Positions 58,563-64,000 of a stretch of DNA of 64,000 nucleotides are shown piece by piece; the stretch's first letter is position 1; each line of letters opens with the position of its first letter. The position numbers and the translations under genes are program-made. This DNA is from Pseudomonadales bacterium (lineage in GTDB: Bacteria; Pseudomonadota; Gammaproteobacteria; Pseudomonadales; JAHRWD01), in assembly GCA_016763075.1 (NCBI GenBank), contig JAESUM010000089.1:1757-65756 (forward strand), read 5' to 3'. The notes beneath the pieces were generated by a model that saw only the letters and a program-made list of their open reading frames with translations, was not told the origin of the DNA and did not search any database.

Positions 58563-60638
58563 TTACTTATTAGGCAACAGCGAGATATCAGCGACTTGTA
58601 GAAACAATGAGCGCAGTTCTGTGAGTAGAATCATCCGGTTATTTCGCACATCGGCGTCATCGCACATGACCATCACATCATCAAAGAACTGGTCGACCGG
58701 CCCACGTAATGCAACCAGCGCATTAAGCGCCTCGAAATAATTAGACTGCTCAACAAATGGTGCAACTTCTTGTCGTTTTGCCGCAATACTATCGGCCAAT
58801 GTGGTTTCAGCGCCCTGCTCTAGCAGCGCTGTGTTAAGCGCCGTATCGGTTACTGAGGCCTGCTTGGCTAAGATATTGGCGACGCGTTTGTTGGCCGCAC
58901 TTAAGTCTGCAGCACCATCAATGGCGCGGAATCGGTTAACCGCATCAATGCGCCTATCGATATCAATTGGTTGGTCGATGCCCAGGGCACAGACAGCGTT
59001 AAATACTTCAACCGGTACGCCCTGGTCTTGATACCAGACTTTGAAACGCTCCGTCATGTACTGAAATACCTGCTCCACAACATCATCCCCAGCAGGTAGC
59101 GCGGGATACAAGTTGGCCGCGTACTGAAGGCATTCGCGTAAATTTATATCTAACTTATTGTCCACCAATATACGTAAGACACCCAATGAAGATCGTCTTA
59201 AGGCAAAGGGGTCGCGGGTACCGCTGGGCGGCTTTTTAATGCCAAATATACCCACCAAGGTATCGATTTTATCTGCAACGGACAACACCGATCCATCGAT
59301 CGATTGCGGCAAAGGCCCACCAGAAAAACCGGGTAAATACTGCTCGTTTAATGCCTCAGCAATGGCAGGATCAAGGCCTTCTTTAGAGGCATAAAAATAA
59401 CCCATCAAACCTTGGAGCTCAGGGAACTCACTAACCATGTCGGTCACTAAATCTGATTTACAAAGCTCGCCAGCTTGGGTGACAGCCGCATCGTTGTGTT
59501 GCAATTGCCCTGCAATGAATGCGCTTAGTTTGGCAATACGGACCGTCTTTTCGTAGACCGAGCCGAGCTGGTTTTGAAAGACAATTCCCTTGAGTCGTTC
59601 GCGCTGGGCGCGAAGCGTGGTTTTTTGATCGGTTTGATAGAAAAACGCAGCGTCCGCAAGGCGCGGCCGAATAACCCGCTCATTACCCGAAATAACCACT
59701 TCTGGATCATTACTTTGGATATTCGCTACGGTGATGAATTTGGGCAACATCTTTCCATCAGCACCCACCATATGGAAAAACTTTTGATGGGTGATCATCG
59801 AGCAGACCAGAACTTGTTCGGGCAGCTCAAGGTATTCTTCGCTGAAATTACCCGACAGCGCAACCGGCCATTCGACCATTGCTGTGACTTCATCAAGTAA
59901 ATTAGCATCGACCACAACGGTGGCGTCAAAGCGCTTTGCTTGTTCTTCAATGCCGGTGGTGATCTGCTGCTGGCGCTTTTCAAAGTCAGCGATAACTCGG
60001 CCTTGTTGCTCCAAGGTATCTACATAAACGGCTGGTTTAGCAATGCTGATGGCGTGGTTGGCATGAAACCGGTGGCCCCAGGTTTGATTGCCCGACTCAA
60101 TACCGAATAGCGTACAGGGAATAACCTGTTCGCCAAATAGCATAATTAACCAATGCACCGGTCGTACGAATTCATGCCGAGTGCTGCCCCAGCGCATGCG
60201 TTTGGGAATAGGCAGGTCATTGAGCGCCTTTTCAACAATGCCGGGCAAAAGCGTATCGGTTTGTTTGCCTTCGGTGCGGGAGTTAAATACCAGCCATTCG
60301 CCCTTGTCTGTTTTTAACCGATCAAGCTGATCTACCGAAACTTTGCATGATTGTGCAAAGCCGCTAGCAGCGCGGGTGGGTTCGCCGGCATCGTCAAAAG
60401 CAGCGCTTACCGATGGCCCGCGCCGTTCGCTGACTTGGTCGGGTTGTTGGCTTTGCAGGCCACTGACGATTACCGCTAGGCGTCGTGGTGTGGCAAAAGG
60501 CTGCAGTTCATCGAATGTTAAACTGGCTTTTTCAAGCCCATTACGAATGCCATTTGAAAAAGCTTTAAACAGCGCTTTAAGCGCTTTAGGTGGCAGCTCT
60601 TCAGCGCCTAGCTCAACTAAGAAATCTTGTTGGCTCAT
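58563..60638 (-). CDS. glyS: glycine--tRNA ligase beta subunit
   Basis: 691 aa starting [16 protein letters not shown]. 4-nt overlap with glyQ. Confidence 0.96.
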   Translation of the reverse strand: MSQQDFLVELGAEELPPKALKALFKAFSNGIRNGLEKASLTFDELQPFATPRRLAVIVSGLQSQQPDQVSERRGPSVSAAFDDAGEPTRAASGFAQSCKVSVDQLDRLKTDKGEWLVFNSRTEGKQTDTLLPGIVEKALNDLPIPKRMRWGSTRHEFVRPVHWLIMLFGEQVIPCTLFGIESGNQTWGHRFHANHAISIAKPAVYVDTLEQQGRVIADFEKRQQQITTGIEEQAKRFDATVVVDANLLDEVTAMVEWPVALSGNFSEEYLELPEQVLVCSMITHQKFFHMVGADGKMLPKFITVANIQSNDPEVVISGNERVIRPRLADAAFFYQTDQKTTLRAQRERLKGIVFQNQLGSVYEKTVRIAKLSAFIAGQLQHNDAAVTQAGELCKSDLVTDMVSEFPELQGLMGYFYASKEGLDPAIAEALNEQYLPGFSGGPLPQSIDGSVLSVADKIDTLVGIFGIKKPPSGTRDPFALRRSSLGVLRILVDNKLDINLRECLQYAANLYPALPAGDDVVEQVFQYMTERFKVWYQDQGVPVEVFNAVCALGIDQPIDIDRRIDAVNRFRAIDGAADLSAANKRVANILAKQASVTDTALNTALLEQGAETTLADSIAAKRQEVAPFVEQSNYFEALNALVALRGPVDQFFDDVMVMCDDADVRNNRMILLTELRSLFLQVADISLLPNK

Positions 60639-61600
60639 GATTTTCCTCCCTTTTTCGATAACTCAAGGGAGGCAATAACTTCATTACGAATAGCCTCGGG
60701 AGCCAGCGGGAAGCCAAGTGCGAGGCGCGCTTCAAAGTAGCAGTTGGCAACCCCTTGAGCCAATGTGCGTACTCTCAAAATATAGCCTTGTCGCTCAGTG
60801 ACAGAAATGGCTCGCCGGGCATCCAACAAATTAAAAGTGTGGGATGCTTTAAGCACAAACTCGTAGGCTGGTAGCGGTAGGTTCTTCTCAATTAGCGCTA
60901 GGCTTTCTTGTTCGTATTCATCAAAGTAGCGGAACAGTTGGTCTTTGTTCGCATGTTCGAAGTTGTAGCTCGACATCTCGATTTCATTTTGGTGGAACAC
61001 ATCGCCGTATGTCACCACACCAGAATCAGATCGAGCCCACGCTAGGTCGTAAATACTATCGACGCCTTGTAAGTACATCGCGATGCGCTCTAAGCCATAA
61101 GTTATTTCGCCGCTCACCGGGTAGCAGTCAAGCCCACCGACTTGCTGAAAGTACGTAAACTGGGTGACTTCCATACCGTTAAGCCATACTTCCCAACCCA
61201 GACCCCAGGCGCCTAATGAGGGCGATTCCCAGTTATCTTCTACAAATCGAATGTCGTGAACTTCTGGGTCTATGCCAAGAAAGCGCAGCGATTTGAGGTA
61301 AAGATCTTGAATATTAGCAGGTGAAGGCTTAAGCACTACTTGGAACTGGTAATAGTGTTGTAAACGATTTGGGTTCTCGCCATAGCGCCCATCAGTGGGT
61401 CGCCGACAAGGCTGTACGTATGCCGCACTCCACGACTCTGGGCCAATAGCGCGAAGGAAGGTGGCGGAATGAAAGGTACCCGCACCGACCTCAAGACCCA
61501 CCGGTTGCAGAATAATGCAGCCTTGTTCAGCCCAAAAATTTTGTAGTGCGAAGATCAGGCCCTGAAAGGTACTCAGATCAAAGGAGGTTTGATTATTCAA
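60635..61600 (-). CDS. glyQ: glycine--tRNA ligase alpha subunit
   Basis: 321 aa with [17 protein letters not shown] and [28 protein letters not shown]. Confidence 0.97.
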   Translation of the reverse strand: MNNQTSFDLSTFQGLIFALQNFWAEQGCIILQPVGLEVGAGTFHSATFLRAIGPESWSAAYVQPCRRPTDGRYGENPNRLQHYYQFQVVLKPSPANIQDLYLKSLRFLGIDPEVHDIRFVEDNWESPSLGAWGLGWEVWLNGMEVTQFTYFQQVGGLDCYPVSGEITYGLERIAMYLQGVDSIYDLAWARSDSGVVTYGDVFHQNEIEMSSYNFEHANKDQLFRYFDEYEQESLALIEKNLPLPAYEFVLKASHTFNLLDARRAISVTERQGYILRVRTLAQGVANCYFEARLALGFPLAPEAIRNEVIASLELSKKGGKS

Positions 61601-61722
61601 CGAAGGCCCGCCCAGTACAGATCAATTAAATTAAAGCGGCAGATTATACCTTACTTATGTTCGCTCTGATCAGTGAACCTGGGCCACGCTAAGAAATAGC
61701 CATTTTCAGAAGTACAGCGGTG

Positions 61723-62292
61723 TTACGAAGGCTTCTGTGCAATCAGCATGGCTTGATTTCGAAAGCCCTCGGAAGTATTCCCTATCAGCCGCTCTTCACG
61801 ATATACAACAAGTTTTAACGCCGTAAATAAACTCAATAATTCATTTTCAGCCAATAGGAATTTGGCGCTTTTTGGCCCCTGTTCGAATGCCTTTTGCTGG
61901 CAGAAGGTTTGGTAAAACAACAAGCCACCCGGTGCCAAAGCATCACAAATATTGGCGCATAACGACCTGTGAAGATAATGTGAAACCACGATCACATCGA
62001 ACTGGGTTTTTGGAAACGCGCTGGTCTCAAGGTCGATCTCTTTGGTGGTTATATCAAGCTGGTCGGTTTTAGCAAAACGGTTAAGTTTTTTTAGCGCGGC
62101 GGACGAAAAATCCCAAGCGTGGCATTGCAGGCCTTTGCTAGCTAGTAGCAGCGCATTGCCGCCAAGCCCACAGGCAAGGTCTAGGGCTTGGCCGCTTGCG
62201 GGTAATAGATGTTGGTTTTTTAGCAGAATTTCACAAGCAGTACCGGGGCCATCTTGGTTTTGGTATTTATTTTGCCAGCGAGAATGAGTCAA
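61723..62292 (-). CDS. class I SAM-dependent methyltransferase (TehB/TPMT-like)
   Basis: 189 aa with motif I ALDLACGLGGNALLLA. Confidence 0.75.
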   Translation of the reverse strand: MTHSRWQNKYQNQDGPGTACEILLKNQHLLPASGQALDLACGLGGNALLLASKGLQCHAWDFSSAALKKLNRFAKTDQLDITTKEIDLETSAFPKTQFDVIVVSHYLHRSLCANICDALAPGGLLFYQTFCQQKAFEQGPKSAKFLLAENELLSLFTALKLVVYREERLIGNTSEGFRNQAMLIAQKPS

Positions 62293-62316
62293 TGGAGTAG
62301 ATGCAGCTAAAAGCCG

Positions 62317-63765
62317 CTATCGTCGCCAAAACATTGGCGATAGCAGCACTAAAAGAGTGAAAATCTCTAGCCGGCCTAAAAGCATGCAGAAGGTGCAAAT
62401 CCACTTGGCAACGTCGTTAAGCTCAGAGTAGTTCATGGCGACATCGCCTAGGCCCGGACCAAGGTTATTGATGCATGCACCAACCGCTGAAAACGCGGTA
62501 ATCATATCAACCCCGGTGGCTAGCATAGCCATTAGCATGGCGAGAAAAACCACCACATAGACCGTGCAGAAGCCCCATACGGCTTCGGTGATGTTGGGGG
62601 GTACTAAGGTTTTACCCAGCTTAACTAAAAATACGCCGTTGGGGTGGATTAGCCGGTGAATCTCTCGTATGCCTTGCTTCCACAGCAAAATGACTCGGAT
62701 GGTTTTCATGCCACCGCCAGTAGAGCCTGCACAGGCTCCTGCAAAGGCCAGCCAAAGAAGCAAGTAAGGCAATAAATTGGGCCATTCGGAATATCCCGAA
62801 GAGCTAAAACCAGTGGTGGTGGCGATCGATATCACTTCGAATGCACCGGTGATCCAAATTGAAGAATCAAAAGTATTGCGGGAATAACCCAAGAAAGCGC
62901 AGCAAAACACCACCGCGCCCGCGAGTATTAAAAAGTAGACTTTAAATTCTGGGTCAGCCCAGTAGTGCCTCAATTGCTTATTGCGAAATGCCGAAAAGTG
63001 CAACGCAAAGTTGGCACCGGATATCACCATAAAAACAGCCGCAACAGATTCAATGGCCCGGCTGTCAAAAAAGCCAATGCTGCTGTCGTGGGTAGAAAAC
63101 CCGCCAATGGCGACGGTTGTGAAGCTATGGCAAATAGCATCGAACAGGTCCATGCCTGCAAGCCAATAGGCTGATGCGCAGCAAATGGTGAGGAATAGGT
63201 AGATATACCAAAGCGCTTTGGCGGTTTCAGCTAAACGTGGGGTTAATTTGCTGTCTTTTACCGGGCCTGGCGCTTCTGCGCGATACAGCTGCATGCCGCC
63301 GATGCCAAGCATAGGCAATATAGCGATGGCGAGCACGATGATGCCCATACCGCCAAACCACTGCAGTTGTTGGCGATAGAATAAAATGGATTTTGGCAGA
63401 TGATCGAGCTGAGTAATAACCGTTGCACCGGTGGTGGTCAGGCCAGAAAACGACTCAAAAACCGCATCGGTGAAACCGAGCTGAAGAGGCTCAATCAGTA
63501 CGAAGGGCACCGCCCCAAACAACCCCAATACCAGCCAGAACAGTACCGTAATGAGAAAGCCATCGCGGGAGCGTAGCTCGCCGCGGGCTCGGTGTACTGG
63601 GTACCAAATGACGAACCCAGTAAAGAGCGAGACAAGAAAAGACTCGACGAATATTATCCAGCTGGAGTCGCCATATATGAGTGAGATCGCTGCAGATGGC
63701 AACATACTGAGGCTAAATACCATCAGTAACAGCCCAAGAATTCGGAGGATTACGGTATAGTGCAT
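62317..63765 (-). CDS. trkH: Trk-type potassium uptake protein TrkH
   Basis: 482-aa polytopic ORF with repeated MPM-like segments (SGLTTTGATV, TTVAIGGFST). Adjacent to trkA. Confidence 0.93.
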   Translation of the reverse strand: MHYTVILRILGLLLMVFSLSMLPSAAISLIYGDSSWIIFVESFLVSLFTGFVIWYPVHRARGELRSRDGFLITVLFWLVLGLFGAVPFVLIEPLQLGFTDAVFESFSGLTTTGATVITQLDHLPKSILFYRQQLQWFGGMGIIVLAIAILPMLGIGGMQLYRAEAPGPVKDSKLTPRLAETAKALWYIYLFLTICCASAYWLAGMDLFDAICHSFTTVAIGGFSTHDSSIGFFDSRAIESVAAVFMVISGANFALHFSAFRNKQLRHYWADPEFKVYFLILAGAVVFCCAFLGYSRNTFDSSIWITGAFEVISIATTTGFSSSGYSEWPNLLPYLLLWLAFAGACAGSTGGGMKTIRVILLWKQGIREIHRLIHPNGVFLVKLGKTLVPPNITEAVWGFCTVYVVVFLAMLMAMLATGVDMITAFSAVGACINNLGPGLGDVAMNYSELNDVAKWICTFCMLLGRLEIFTLLVLLSPMFWRR

Positions 63766-63807
63766 GGTGCTTAAGAAGCTTCGTCCGTGAGGGTTTAGAT
63801 CAATCGT

Positions 63808-64000
63808 TTAGAAAAAATTAATGCCGACTTGGAACAGTTTTTCAACTTCGCGTATACGGCGTTTATCAATCAAAAACATAATCACATGATCCTCAGCTTC
63901 AATCACAATGTGGTCGTGAGCAATTAACACCTGACTGTTTCGCACCAAAGCACCGATGGTGGTGCCCGGCGGTAGCTTGATATCGCCGATTTTACGGCCA
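63808..64000 (-). CDS. trkA: Trk system NAD-binding protein TrkA, 3' end only (truncated by window edge)
   Basis: My manual minus-strand translation gives ...[63 protein letters not shown]. This is colinear with the TrkA C-terminus. Confidence 0.85.
   Translation of the reverse strand, partial: GRKIGDIKLPPGTTIGALVRNSQVLIAHDHIVIEAEDHVIMFLIDKRRIREVEKLFQVGINFF

Overview
This window is origin-proximal core chromosome of a gammaproteobacterium, and almost every long ORF is a recognisable housekeeping gene of normal length. Gene order, left to right: tRNA-Pro, merR-like, ihfA, pheTS, rplT, rpmI, infC, thrS (all minus); class I adenylate cyclase cyaA; argH; then divergently algZ/algR-like two-component pair, hemC, hemD, hemX, hemY (plus). 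A small accessory islet follows (interrupted ORF, higB-2/higA-2 toxin-antitoxin, SAM methyltransferase), then uvrD. Next come a TRAP transporter split into convergent units with an orphan lipoprotein gene between them, monomeric isocitrate dehydrogenase, purU, glmS, glmU, and atpCDGAHFEBI. Then parB, parA, rsmG, mnmG | AT-rich spacer | mnmE, yidC, yidD, rnpA, rpmH | spacer | dnaA, dnaN, recF, gyrB. The window ends with an orphan multi-pass membrane protein, plsC-like acyltransferase, glySQ, a methyltransferase, trkH and the 3' end of trkA. Non-coding signals I can read directly: two DnaA-box clusters (mnmG-mnmE spacer with an AT-rich block; rpmH-dnaA spacer), two consensus parS 16-mers inside recF, an ATT start for infC, and several hairpins or terminators. 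I saw no CRISPR array, IS or transposase, integrase, phage genes, or defence or biosynthetic cluster. I cannot support a claim of a new multi-gene system here. The best second-look items are the two competing origin candidates, the parS pair embedded in recF, the 19.0-20.8 kb islet with an ORF carrying one in-frame TGA, and the orphan membrane gene flanked by a 10-bp direct repeat.
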